Below, piece by piece: positions 12,541 through 27,500 of a DNA stretch of 64,000 bases. The DNA comes from Enoplolaimus lenunculus (lineage: Eukaryota): contig JASANG010003130.1 of the NCBI GenBank assembly GCA_030248215.1, forward strand, positions 1 to 64,000, written 5' to 3'. Each line of letters starts with the position of its first letter. Position 1 is the stretch's first letter. The notes below the pieces were generated by a model. It was not told the origin of the DNA, made no database searches, and worked only from the letters and a program-made list of their open reading frames with translations. Position numbers and translations under genes: made by a program.

Positions 12541-15500
12541 TTACCTATCGATTCGTGATCTAGGAATGAGAACGTGCGTCATTCGCATGTTATTGGAAAT
12601 TGGCGTTGATCTCGAACGTCTAGTTACACGTTTTTCATAGTAGTAAAACAATAATACAAGGATCAGCTGTAAATATTACATTTTTTATAAGTCATATTTG
12701 CACACGAAAGTGATAGTTTAGTGGTGTTCCAGTGCAAATTTTAACCGTATTGTTAACTGTATGTATCACTTGTCGCCAGTTACTTGTGGCTGTTTCCAAA
12801 AAGTCCACCGACTACAGCCGTGGACCGGAAATTCCGCAAAGTACCAGGGTAGACAAAATGCAAGACCTTTGTCAAAGTTCGAAACGTACCATTCGTTATA
12901 ATTCTAAAGTTAAAAGAACTATCGCCAACTAAACGAATGATAGCAACTACGTACATTTGACAATGTGCAAGAAATTTTGCGCGGGTATACCCTCGGATAA
13001 AACAATAAAATTTCCGCGGGTAAGACAATAAAATTTCTGCGGGTAAGACAAAAAAATTTCCGCGGGTAAGACAATAAAATTTCCGCGGGTAAGACAATAA
13101 AATTTCCGCGGGTAAGACAATAAAATTTCCGCGGGTAAGACAATAAAATTTCCGCGGGTAAGACAATAAAATTTCCGCGGGAAAGACAATAAAATTTCCG
13201 CGGGTAAAACGCACCGCGAGTAAAAAATCTTTACCCACTTTACACCTCTATAATTTGATGCCTAATTTCAAACAAAATTTCCAGCGCGAACTTCGATAAT
13301 ATTAAAGTTAAGGTGGACCTCAAAAAGCGTCACGCTTAAAACCGAGGGCTGTCGCGGCTTGTGAAGATTTTGTACTGCGGTTGTGTAATAATTGCTAAAC
13401 ACTGATCATTGTGTATTGTGTGGCGTAGTGGCGTACACAATTTGCGTTTTTGTTGCTTATAGTATACTATACGCAGACGATGGTTATAGACTGCAACTGA
13501 AATTTTTTCAAAAAATAGTGAAATCACAAATATGAGTCTCATTTAGCGTGTTGCGAATGCTGAAGGGTTGGTGACCTGTTCTTTAATTTTATGTTATTCT
13601 GCATATTTTATGAATTTGTTTAAACTTGAAGCTGTAGGTTCTGGGTGAAGTAAAGAATCTTTCATAGCGATTCTTACCAATATAATTTGCATGAGGAAGA
13701 AAATACAACTCGTCCACGCGAAACGTATCGATGTGACTGAAGCGACAGCACCTGCTCCACCAATTAAAATTCTGAAAAAATATATGTGACGTGGCGCAAC
13801 GTCCTATCGAATTTAATCACTAATTGGTCTAGTCCAATCTGTTATTCTGAGCAAATAGCAATTGAGCTCAGCTCAACAAGTATTAATTTAAAAGATATGT
13901 CCTAGTACAGTAAACTGCAAGCAAAAGTCGTACAGTTAAACTTGTTTCTACAGTCAGCTTAAGAGCTAAATCGGTTTGAGTATGGCAGTTTCACAAATAT
14001 AGATGCGGTAGTTTGCCGCATCAAAAAACGTATTTGCTTTTACTGGTGCTAAATTTTTTACGCGCACAAAGTTTGAAAATACAAATCAAGAGTTTGAAAT
14101 AAAATCATTGTACTAAAATTGAACGGGTCTTTTACGTTATCCCCCCAGCCATATGGATCGGCGACAAATCAGTTATTTGATTATAATTCGTTTAACCATT
14201 CATCTGATTGCAAAAAATTGAACACCACTGGACGCAGTTTCGCAATGTGCATCGAATGGTATATTACTTTTAAACTTTTTGACAAAAAAATATCTGGGTC
14301 CCAGGTAAAGACCTGGGACGTTAAAAATCGAATTTTTCAAAAATTCAAATTCAGGCATGGAATGATCACGGGATGTCATGAGAAATCAGAAACTCAAATT
14401 TATGCAAAAAAATTTCAAATTCAACGATTTTTGGATAAACGCAGGCTGGGGATGGGAACGGGAAATACCCGATTGGACTTTAATCACAACTGCGACTCAC
14501 TTACCCGGCAAATAGGGCGGAAGTAATAAAGCCTGAGGTCAACGATATTAAGTACAACTCGTCATTGTGCTCGTTTTTGCTAAAAATTGAAATCGAAACG
14601 TTATTTTAACTTGAACAAGTCTTATACATTGAAACGAATTTAAACTCATGCAATATCTTATGTATACGTAATAAAAGTGCATCCTGAATTTAAAGATATC
14701 GGAAACGGAACCGGAACTGGAATGTGAAAATAATACTGAATTTTGTACCGGAGCAAGATACTGAATAATATTTAATAAATGTTACTGAAAAACTTATGTT
14801 TAACACAATTTCACTTAAAATCTCACCATCATACTTCCCTTTTTCAGTATTTGTTATCAAACACGCTAATGCATGGTTCATGCTATAACTGGCGCAAGAT
14901 GAAACACGTTTTGTAGTACAATAGCTTATAATACTCTGTCTGATTGTTAACCCGCTGTGAAATTCAACAATTTTGAGTGTTGCCTCTTATCCTGATGTGG
15001 CATTAACTGTAAAATGTTATATGATACTTAAATTTGAAATTTGAATTATTTGTACTTAAAAATATATTTATAAAGTTTTCGTCGAAAACAGAAACGTAGA
15101 AAAAATTTCAGTATTCGAAATCATTAACTGTTCCGCCAACGTTTTCTATTCAGTAGTGCCTTATACTGTCCTGGGTAAATATATCATGTGATGTTTGGAA
15201 GAGCTTTTGAATATCATATGACATTCGCGTAAATGACCCGTAGTATCATGTGACATACGGCTGCCTATGTACGATTTTACCGCTATTTCAGAAAAATTTT
15301 ATGAAATTAAGTGATTTCGGTAACCTTGTAGTTTCCAATTAGTTAAAAAATTAGAAACTTGACGACAGGGCGGGATCAGCCTCCCCCATACCCCCATTTG
15401 GAGGGGCCCCACCCTTAAAGCGGCCCCCACCTTACCAGTTGAATGAAAAACCGCTTAAGACTTTGTTTAATAAAAGCGATTAAGGCTTATGTTTCTGAAG

Positions 15501-18500
15501 TACAAAGACATCTATGTCTAAAATAAAAATACCAGTTTTGGTTATTTTCAAGATTAATGTTTGAAACAAAATTTGCCATGGAAGCCAACTTTAAAAAAGA
15601 GAGCTAAATGCCAACCAAATTCCCCATTTATACAACCTACGACACGTCCAAGACAAAACTTAGGTTAGTTAAACCTGATATGAACCCGAATTGTCTTTCA
15701 AATCTGTTAATTTTTAATACACTCTTAGAATATATCAAACAACTTGTTTAGATGCTGTAGTGACCCGAGTGAGAGGACGAGGGTAATAAGATGGGAGGGG
15801 GTACCCATTTTGGATTCCAATCAATAGGAATCCGCATCCCTAATAAGAGTCCGCAAGCGAAAGGCCAGAATTTTAGCACCTTAAAAGAAATGTTATTTTT
15901 AAAATAACGTACGCCCACCTGAACGTAACGAACATTTTTCGGCATGCTATTAGCCATTGTGGAAACACCGATAACGTTAATAGAAACGCGCTAGCGAACA
16001 GTGTAATTGTTGAGCGACTGCAACAGTAACAACGTCTGATTCAATAAAACACCCTACTTATACACCAGAAACTGAAAATTTAGCTTGAGGATAGACTCAA
16101 AAAAGTTTCTCGTATCTGTAGATACGAGGAACTTCATATTTTCCACACTTTCTCTTTCTATATTTTTAAAAAATAAGGGATTTAATTTAAATAAAAATGA
16201 GTAACGAACATAGACACCGATGATTACTTAAAAATAGATATCCGGCTAGCATCTATCAGATAAACATTTACTTCCACTTTAACGCTAAAATAGGCATACA
16301 GAACTGTTTTATGCAGTAGAAAAGTTCAATAAGTTGACAATCATTTAGAATTGATATCAAAATCACTGTTACGCATATATCACCACCAATATTGTTACGG
16401 GGTACGATCAAAGTATCCCTGACAATATTACATAGCTAAAAAGGACAACATTTTTTTGCATTTGCGCTGATTCGACACAATACTTTCATTATAGTTAACA
16501 AAATACATGCGATGCTGATGAACACTTAGCAAAGTTTCTACGACGATAGTTCTAGTTGAGCAAGCGGTATCCCTCATCTTGTGGATTTGCGTTTCGTAAC
16601 GACTTACTAAGATAGACCGATTCCTGAAAACGGACCGAAAAGCATAAACCCAATACTTGCCAACATGCTTGTTGAGACCAATGCCTGAAACATACCCGTT
16701 ACAAAATGGTTATATGAATATTGGTATTCTCATTATTGAAACACGAACACGCACCGTAATGGAATATTCCAGTTTACCCTGAATCACTTTTTGCGTAAAT
16801 GTTTCTTGTCGCTCAAGTAAAGAACCTAATCACACGTGCATGATTTTGCTGTGATAATTTGCAGCAGCAAGTTTTGTATCAAAATCCATCCACAAACTTG
16901 CAGGGTACAATCGTAGGGGCAAACAAACTCCGCTGGAACAGAGTAGGTTAACAAATCGTACCGAACCAGGAGCCCGAACGCGAGTCGAAGGTGAAACAAA
17001 ATTAGGTAATAAAATGACGTTGAATTTGCCGATTTTAACGTTCATCTGGTAAATGTTATCAAAAATTGGTTTTAAAACTTTCTTTTTGATAATGCGTGGT
17101 TTACAAATTTGTGTACGCAAAGAATTAAACTTTTCAAAATTACCTCAAATTTGCAAACACACACATTGCAAGCGATAAATTATGTAAAACTTCACTACCA
17201 AAACTGTCAGAACCTGCGGTAAAAATTTTAACGCAGCCAGAGGTCGATTGTTTGCCGCCGCCGGAGGCAGACTTCCGCTTCTACCCTGTGAGCTTGCAAA
17301 TTCATTCCGTTTTTTATCAGCCAATAGCAGCGATTTTAAGGATTAATATACTCAAATACGACGTTTGTAGACGTTATTAGTCGAATTCAAAAATTGTATC
17401 TTGCGATATTTTAGCAACCCAATTATTAAATAGGCTCAGAAACATACCGGAAGTAATTTAGAAACACATGTCCCAATATTAGTGCTGAATACTGAAAATA
17501 TTAATACTGTAATCATGATCGACGATTGTATCAACTGGTTAGAAGTAGCCTGTAACAATAAACATGTAATTTTTTCTCGAGAAAGAATTATATATTCGGT
17601 CGCTTTTCGTGTGCGTGGTCAAGTTCCATGAAAGATATTCTACAAAGAAACCAGTTAAAACTGTATTTTCCGTGCCAAAATCTGATGGTTTACAACCTCG
17701 ACCTTTCCACCAGCATATACCCTTTTAACCCCTTCTCACATTGAGTTGCCTATAGGCAACTCAGCGCAGTGTATATACGTTAACCCATTCCAGTCAAAGG
17801 AGGTGGAATCCTAGCATAAAAGTAGGTCTCAGAAAGAAATAGAAAATATTCATGTGAGAAAGGGTTAAGCGAAAAATTTTCAGTTTACTATCTATAACCC
17901 CTTCTCACATTGAGTTGCCTATGTAGTGACTTCTTTTACACGGTCAACACACGATATATTTTAAAGTATTTGTGTAACCCACCCCAACTGAAAATCCTAG
18001 CTACGCCCTTGCTAAAACCATGGTCAAAATTTACAAACTTGGGCATGACCCCTTAACCCCTGACTACATCCTTGCTCAATATTACCGTTATAACATAATT
18101 CCACAGATCAAAGCTAAATAGAATAAACACCTACCGATATAATACGATTCCACAGATGAAAACTAAAGTAGAACAAGCAAGCAGACGATATTAATAATAA
18201 TATGTAGGAAAGCCAAAATTCCAACGATTTGAACAATTGTTTCATACGAAACGTTGAATATCTATCGGGCAATGTATGATGATCTGCTATAATGCAAAAG
18301 AAACAAAAACAGTAATTACTCAAAGGCGGAAGGCGCACAAACAAGGGGCGCTGGTGTGGACTAGAGACTGCCTTATTGAATAATTGTTTCCGGTGTGACA
18401 ACTCTTTTGTAATATCCAATATTTGAGTGGTTTTTGGTCACGACAGCCAACAATCCAACTTTGTAAGTACGCTTACTTTTAAGAGGGATAAACCAATAAA

Positions 18501-21500
18501 AGCGATAGGTAGAAAAGCTTAAAAGTCTAAAATAAAAATAGTTGATAGTTGGCGTAAAAGTAAAAATCCCATAAACGCTTCAGTTTCTCAGTGCCAGTAT
18601 TGCAGAATGTTTATGCACTGTAAATTGCGATGAGATTATTTATCATCTCTGAGATCGAATTAGTCATTTCTGGTTATTTCTGATTTAATAAGAGTAAAAA
18701 TTAACTCATTCTGAGTTGATTTAATTCCGGATGAGTTAATTAATTAACTGACAATGATTTAAATCAATTAAAAATTGTGAGTTCTGAAACACCTAATTCA
18801 GAGCTCAGGATTCTGACTGGACTAAACTCAAGCTTAGTTAAAATCAACTCAGTGAAATTTATAATTTCCGCAGTAATTTTAAATTTACCATCAACCTCAT
18901 AATTTAAGCTTAACAATGGATCGGATATTTAAAGATTTCCTGTTCAATAATAATACCAAATAATTGGTAATAGCAACATTAATTTATTGATTAACTTACG
19001 AGTATCTGTAATGAATACAGGAATGGAAACTAGTGCAAGCGCAAGAGCAATTGATGCGAATATACAATACAGAATTGCAATGCTGAATGTCTAGAAATAA
19101 AAAATATTAATGTCATGTTGCTAAGTTTACAATAACTTTTGAGTGACTGCCACCGATTTGTATCGGTGCTAGGGTTACCTCATGTACGCATTTCAAAATG
19201 TACACTCGTTAGCCTCACCCTAACGACTGTTTCTTTGTTAGCCTCAACCTAAGAAGTGTAACACAAAATTATTCGACACTGGGTAGGGTGGCCCTAACGG
19301 AAATTTGACCTTTATTTATGTTTATATCTACCACAGATAAAATTTATAAGTGTTTAGATAACAAAACTCATTAAGTTAACATTTATTACAGAATAAATAA
19401 TAGTTAACTTAATTAAATTTTAATTAAACCTTTGCACCGCTCCGTTAGCCCTAGGCTATGTACGTAATGTGTCGATGAAAATAGGCGTTTCCGCTTATGA
19501 TGGATTTTTGGGAAATTTAGAAAACTGAATTGCATATTGTTACAACAAGTACGCTATTTTTGCCAAAACCATTTTAGCGCTTCAGGATGTTTTTAGGCCT
19601 ATTATGGTCTGTTACAATTTGTGGAGTTTGAATCTGGTTGGAATACATACTGTTTGTCGACCTTGAACGTGGTTAGAATACTTTTTTATACCGAAATAAA
19701 GCGTTTTTCTACATTAGCGCTTCAGGTTGTTTTTAGGTCTATTGATGGTATGTCAAATTTTGTCGAGTTCAAATGTGGTTGGAATCCACACAGTTTGTCA
19801 AGCTTGAATGTTGTTGCAATACATTTTTATACCGAAATTAAACTGTTTTTCTAAAGCCACAAACAAATAAATTGTTGTTTTCACGCGACTTAGTTAGCTA
19901 GTTTTTTAGGTTTTGGAAATTTGAGGTAGGTTGTGCAAGTTATTGGTAGGCAATGTTATAAACCATGTCATAGGTGAGGTAGAAATCCTAGGTGTGTGCT
20001 TACAAATCCAGATAGATTTGCGACAACTGCTTTTATGGACTTCAGCAGTGGGACAGAAATGCTTCTTTTGAGATTTGGATAGAATTTTGCAACATTTTGA
20101 GCTCACCTATGAGCACCCACAATCCCTCTATGCAGTGTTCACAATAAAACTTTGTATTCTAAAGTCATCGCCCCCTCCAACTATTTATCGTTCCTCTAAA
20201 AACATATCCTAGAAATTTCTCTTTTAAACTTGCGCCACCGTTTCCTCATAGTGTTGGGTTAACGAGCATCGGAAGTAAAATTGAATTTTACCACATCATA
20301 CAAAAGATGTGTGTTAAACACTTTGTATTGAGGTTGTGAGTATCTGTGATATTATTAGCCCCACTCTAACGAGTGTCAAATAATTTTCTGTTACACTCGT
20401 TAGGGTGCGGCTAATGGAGGAGCAGTCGTTATGGTGAGGCTAACAAGTGTACATTTTAAAATGTGTACATGAGGTAACCCTAACACCAGTAGAAATCGGT
20501 GGCAGTCACCCAAAAGTTATTGTGAACTTTGCATTATGATTGTTGCGTTATTGCTAACCCTTTGTTGCTGGCGAAGAGCAGAATTAATTTACACTGGCGT
20601 AGTGTTATACATAACTCAACACCAAATACAGAACTAACAAACAAAATTTCGCCATATACACAGCAATTAAGGTGGATCATGTAATAAGTGATCGAATTTA
20701 AACCGTCGTATAAACTGCACTAGTACGATTTTGACGTAAAGACAGCAAAATATCATTGCAGTACATGACAGCGCTGTGAGACGGTCCTTTTGCCAGGAAG
20801 AGACTCAGTTCCCTAGATAATGTTTAGACCCATGCAAGATTATATAAAGTTAAAAATTACCCTCATCGCAAAGTACGAAATCATTGGCCCAAGTGTTGAA
20901 CAAAAAACAGTAGTCCAACATAACGCTGCCTGAAATTGTAGCAAAACACTTTAGCGTGGACATGTCTTTCTTTGCTTCAAGTCTAACGCAAATAGAAGTC
21001 AACTTCGTAACCTCCTTCATAAAGTGGCGGAGAACGAGTAGGGCGGAGGAGGAGGAAGGGGGGATTTGCGCAGTCCGCCTCTTCCCATCCTCGGAGAGGG
21101 CAAACAGAGGGGAGAAAAAATGGGTTGAAAAAGAAGGTGCTTGCAATGGTAAACGGTGCAATTTCGTTACCTGGATCGCAAGGGCGCAATTTTTTCCCCA
21201 AATTCAGCTTGTTACCACCAAATAGACTCAGTCTAAAAGTAAATAAATCTCAATTGCAATCGTAGGGTAATTCTTTGAATGATTCAATATTTTTTTATAT
21301 CTCATGACCGGAAAATTTTAAACGAAGTATATTTTTAAATGTGTATTAATCTCTTGCGGATTTGAAATGCGAGCAAAATATATACTACAAGCACCATGTG
21401 TACGGTTCAATGACACACGGATATTGCGCTACAGTTTTGTGGTGCATTGCATATTTATGTTCGGTTATGTATAGAAAACTATGTATGCGTATATATCTGC

Positions 21501-24500
21501 GATTTGATAAACGTAAATCGTTTCGGGTAATCTCAGAGTATAAGTCATGCACATAAAGGTACGAAGTGTAAAGATTGGTTAATGTAGTGGCGTTTTATTG
21601 GCCACTGTACAAGCGGAATTCCGATTCCGATTAGAATTGTGATTCAGAACAAAGTTCGGTTTTGATTCCGATTCCGATTGCACAATCAATCGCAATTGAA
21701 ATTTTGAAATGTTAATTTTAATCCTACTCGTTGTGATACGTTGCGTAAAAATTCCTTATTGTTTAATCAATTAAATTGTTTCCGATGCGCTAAATTATCC
21801 ATACGTGAATGTAGTTTAGCTTTATACAACCAAAAGCCATCGCCAATTTGTTTATGCGAATTGTTTAAATCAATAATATATTTGAAAATACAAATTATCT
21901 GTACAGTCAAATTTTCTAGTTCCGATTCCCATTCCGGTATAAATTTGCTATTCCAATTTCGATTCCGGCATAAGCCAGCTACGCGCTGCACCATTGTGGC
22001 ATTACTCGTGTACTATGTTAAACCTCAAACACAAGCGGGGTAAAAATACTTTTGGTGATTTAGTTCGTGCCAACACAAGAAAATTAAATATATTGCAGTT
22101 TAAGTACATATATTATTTCAAAGCGAAAAAAGGAAAAAGCATATAAAAACTGCGTATTAAGTACTGATATTATATTACGTATTTTTCAGCTTTCTAAGAG
22201 CTGTGAACGCCTGGTAACTTCGCCACACGTTGAAAACCCCTTATGATGTGGGAGATGATTGACATCGTTAGTTCCAGGCAAGATGCTAGATCTCTTCGCG
22301 GTTGGCCGTTTGCGTAAGGCTCAAACACATTCACGTAATAATGCTCGTATAGTGGTCAAAAATTGTCCACTCACCCCCTTAGGACCAGTGTCAAAAACGA
22401 TGCTATAACGTGGGCCTGCAGACAACACACACCCTGTACTTCTAGAGAGCCGGTTTTGTTCTGACAGTGTTCCTAGGGAGTAGGGACAAAACAGAGTCCC
22501 TTGGTAGGGACTAGTGACAAAACGCAGACACTATGTACAACACTATTCCCTTCGAACAGTGTCTCTTTACAGTGCAAGGACATTATGCACTGTGTTCTGT
22601 GAGTGTAGCGACATTGAAGACCCTGTAAAATAGGATGTCTGCGCTGTCCTTTGACTCTGCAAAGAGACTAGTTCTAAATATAAGATCCTTCCTACAGAGT
22701 TACTGAAAATGACATAGATCTTTACCCAGACCTGGACAATTTTTTACACTAGTGCGGGCTATTACGTGGTTGACCCATTAGGGGCGGTATGTTCGATCCA
22801 CATAACCAACGGTTAATACGCTTGATGTCTGTGGCACCCAAACAAGCAACCGTAGGAATTGCTAAATTTTTATAGTTAGATAAACTAATGTTTATGTTAG
22901 TTTATACTAAACTTCGATTCTTGTATACTTCATGCACGTAAAGTTTACGCTTAGGTTCTGTATTGTGTTTCGGAAAGTATAAACGCATTTGCAAGTCGAA
23001 CAAGTTCATTCTAGTTTTAATAAACCAACAAACATTAAACAATCTACAAACGTTGATACACATTCCCATTAGTCAATCTAAAAATGACCCTTGCGCTTTG
23101 GTACCTCACCTGATTTTATGCTGGCGTTGGAACCCGAAGCTATTTCCTTCTCATAAAACTGTGTATTACGTTTCTATATAATTGGTCATCCACGTTAAAA
23201 TACACACGCCGATGTAATAAATGTTCCACCCACCCCATTTGGAATAGCACCAGAATATACATACTAGCTGGAGGCGAGGTACAGTTTCATAGCAGTACTT
23301 AGATAGTGTTAATTGTCTAGACTCTGACGGAACGGTCTCTGGACAAATATATGTTTTCTGTAGGATGTCAGGACATTATGTTAGTACACGCGCACACATT
23401 GATAAACACACGGTGTGCACACATATTCACACGCATCATTCAACGCAAAAAATTGAGTCCCTCCCGAAAGACTATGGACAATAACAGTTCCTGATTATGA
23501 TGTCAGGACAAGCAAATGTTTATGCCTATCATGTTCGTTGTGTAAAGTTTCTGACAATGACATATTGACATCTCAGACAGTGTATAAAAAGAGTGGGTAG
23601 GGACAACGCGGCATCCCAAGTGGAGGGACATTTTTACAAATGTGCATGCATTTTATAGTGGATGAGCCATAAAATAAGCCTTGTTGTTGTTGTTGTTATT
23701 ATTATTATTATTACCATTATTATTATTATTATTATTGTTATTGTTGTTGTTGTTGTTGTTGTGGTGGTGGTGGTCACCAGACACCGAATACGCTTTTGAA
23801 ACGGTACACGTTAATATTGAAGGTAGTCAGCGATTAGCTGTAATGCAAAAATCGAGAAAGGCTGAAGTTTGCATGCCTTTAGTTTTAGATGCAAATTTAC
23901 ACCCTCCATATTTCCCACCGTAATACAGAATTGAACTAGAGCTTACATGTAATACACCTACTTTGATTTTATTACATAAATCGAAGAAACCATTAGCCAT
24001 GCGTATAAATTATTTCAAACTTTCTGCTTCAGAGACAATACTAACAAAGCATGCGTTAGAAAACCCAACTAAAATTTTGTCAAATAATGGAATTGAAATA
24101 CCTGGTATAAGATTTAAGGTGGATACGCTTTCGGTAAATAAAGTGTTACAGAATGTACACTGGACAATTTTTGAAGGTTCGTAAACCTAGAAGAATTCAC
24201 ATTTGATGTATAACACAGGTTGCATATACAGGTACGAAAGATAAGAATTTATTTAAATTTTCGTTACCGAATATGGATAGATTTACTATATTTATGAATG
24301 ATGTCTGTTACCCATGTAATGTTGCTACGCCGTATAAACAAGGTAATTGTTTAAGACCCATTACAAATCTTACTTGGAGCTCAGAGATGGATTATTTGTT
24401 TGAAAATTTTGACTATTTGTTCGTTAATATACCCCAAAATATTAAACACAAAACCCTTTTGATAAATTCATGTTGGCATTTTGTGATTGTTACATAAGTA

Positions 24501-27500
24501 ACAGTTATATATTCACGCCCAAGTGTCCATTTTATTCGTTGTTAAGTTTTGTAATCGGAAAATTCAACACGAATACAATCTCCAAGCAGAATGAATAATA
24601 AAAATCAAAACCAAAAATTACCAAAATTAAATTAAAATATATTCGTTTAATCGAATCAAAAATACCAAATTAATTTCACAAAATTATATAATTTTTAGAA
24701 TTTTACCATCACACATTTATAGAGGGCATGCGTTTAATAACGGTTGCATTAATGGCGCTTTGTTTTTGTCACAGCTGGCAGTATTTGATTTAGCAACAGC
24801 ACTTACTGCATTGGAGAATTATACATGTTAATATAATAAAAGCTAGGTGAGTCAATTTGCAAATGTATAAACCGTGCGCTTTATATTAAGAAAAGTGGTG
24901 TAATAAATAAAAGGTTCATCAGCAGCAAAGCCCACAAAAACAAGTAAAAAGCCAATATTTGGCAATTAAATATTTTTATTTGTATGTTATTTGTTTATAA
25001 TAAAAGGAAAATCCCTAGGGGCAAAATCCTGCTGTTGTTTGCAAATTACCAGGAGCGGTACCTACGACGTTGGGGTAGTCGGACTATATGCCGGGCAGGG
25101 AATTTTCCCCCGTTGACCGTTGCAAGCACCTCCTCTTTCAAGTCTTTCTAGTCCCCATCCTCTCTCCCTACTAAATTCTCTCATGGTATATTATACGATC
25201 TACATAGAGTTATTCCAGGAAGAAGACAAACAAAATTTAGCCCAACCGGAAAATATATACTAACGCGTAATTCCTTTTTATATCCACGTGAAAATACTAC
25301 GCCGAAGATTTCCTTTCTTGCCGCAGTAACACTTTAAATATGGCTTTCCTGTTGACAACCGATTACTTACCTGTGCTTTCCAATTAATTTGCCATGCAAC
25401 TGGGTCTGATTTTCGATTCCCTTAGACAAACCCTCGATTGATCAGGTTGAATTTAGTACGAACAGTATTTTTCTAATTAAAACTGTTAAATGGTATTCTC
25501 TTGAACAGGGTGTTTGTCAGATTAGGCACCGCAACTTCAAATTTACATATTAATTTAGTTTACTTTAAGTGCTCTGTAACCAGTGGTATAGTCTATAACG
25601 GTTGGAACATAATAATGAAAGCTCTAACAACAATTGCGGTTTGAACAGAGTGTGCACCAAAACCAGATTGAAGTTTTATAAATTTCTATGCTCGGGGTGG
25701 TTAATTAACTGTTCAACATACAATTAGTGCTTCTATTAACCTATTAACTGTAGATTATTTTTGATAGAAAGTGTACTCAGGATTAATAGGCTTTTGTGAG
25801 GCGAACGATTCGGGAAAAAATGGCAACGCAGTTTTATTGTGTACTAGTTTTGTCAACTTACAATAACATATTTTGAAAACAATACAACAATCGAGTTCAC
25901 TGCGGATGCCCAAACCGTGGTGAATACAATCGTTGCAGCGAATCCAGACAGGGTAAAACATCCACACAAAACGGTTTTTTCAATTACTCCACCGGTCGAT
26001 GACAGCTTCCATATAGTGAGTCTAAATTTTAATTAAACACCATTGTTATCCTGCAAAAATCATTTAGTTGTCTTTGCAGTCGTAATGTAATTCAAGCAAA
26101 TCAGTAACTAGCTTACCTTTCTAGAGGGGCTAACAAATTTTCTGTAGAGGGATACATGGATTTTCAATGACTTACTAGCAATGTTGGAGGAAATTTTCTA
26201 CGGGGTCCGACAGCCAAGTCTTTTCAGGGGGGTGCTAATTCCCCTGGGCCCTGTTTAGCTACGGGCCCGAATTCAGGATAAGCAATACCATATAGAACGT
26301 TTCACGAAAATTTTGCTGTAGGTGTAGTTGTTTACATTTTACCGTACAATAGTAAATTTGATAAAAAGTAAAATTACCGTCTTCACATTTCTTTTTATAT
26401 GATTTTAAGCTAAAGCTTAAGCCTCAATTTAGGACTAAATCATAGCATATGCGTAAGCCTAACCCCAAACATGCGACCAATACTACTATTATTCTAGTTT
26501 ATTATGTGCGGCAAGTTTTGTTGGGGAGACCAAACAAATGCCACTAAATAAATTCACTAACCTAGTAACAAAAATAGTACCTGTGTAACAGGCCGATAAT
26601 ATTATCCTTGGCATATCTTTTCAGCGGAAAGATCGGCCCTGCCAGATATTTCCGTACAAAAACATTGGCGTAGGTAAGGCTTTCCGAGGTAAAAGATTCC
26701 ACGATTTAGAATCGGCCTGTTACACCTGTGTTACATATTTTGCCCATTGTTACTTTGAGAGGCGCAACAGTAGTATATACATATTCCTAAGACTAAGCCT
26801 AAAGCTAAAGCTTAAGCCGAAGGCCTAAAACTAAGCCTAAGCCTAAACAAGATAATAGTGTATATAATGAATATTAAGCTTATTCTATTATAGTTCAGCG
26901 AAATCATGGGTCGTCCGTCAAAGTAACATGGGCCCATATTCTTGTGTCAAACTTACGATATTAAACCATCAGAAATGGCGAAGACGGTCAAGCCAGACAC
27001 CAGCAAGAACCGTTGAGATATTTTACGGACCTAAAACAACATATATAAATAGGTACTTTCGCAAACTTTGCAGCTGATTTATTGTTTCCAAGACTAAAAT
27101 TATTTTTGGCTCTCTGTGCTCGCTCGAATACCTCAACGTATATGTCGTTGAGACATCAAATCCTAGCTCCATCCATAAATTGCTTGTTGGCTTTTGGGCT
27201 AAATAAATCGCCAAAGCTCAAATAGTACTCTCTGAAAGCTTAATTTGTTTTAAGCTTAATGTAATCCGGCAGTATTAAACTAACATTCTAGATTAATTAA
27301 ACTAACAGGTAGGTTTCTAGCTTAGACTTGTTCAAAATCTTATACATTTTAAGTTTAAGCTAAACTTAATGGACTCTTAGATACACATAATTTCTGGGCT
27401 GCACTTGTTACTTAAACTAAAAATAAGTTTACTTAAACTCGTGTTAAACTTAAAAACGTGTTAGTTTAAGTAAAACTTAAAATTCTAATTTAGTTAGTCC

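Noticed and set aside
13000..13207. Possible CRISPR array (also 61000-61396)
   Set aside because: No unique spacers of CRISPR length, no cas genes, eukaryotic intronic context.
12780..13238. Repetitive ORFs here and at 49121-49949, 52132-52553, 60053-60507, 46835-47191, 23681-23923, 3456-3863
   Set aside because: By-products of mini/microsatellites or GC-rich MITE arms.
13336..13542. Candidate last exon of the MFS gene
   Set aside because: Phase-0 acceptors give an early stop; 12666-12541 matches the expected C-terminus.
16778..16932. YLSDKKHLRK looked like an MFS TM8-9 loop exon
   Set aside because: Flanked by in-frame stops; exon 17549-17448 fills this position with correct phases.
23110..23360. 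Coding-looking minus-strand stretch with a gtgag donor
   Set aside because: All frames hit stops and no phase-compatible splice path exists.
23947..24101. KILVGFSNACFVSIV looked like TM4
   Set aside because: In-frame TAA and incompatible phase; exon 26021-25862 supplies TM4 cleanly.
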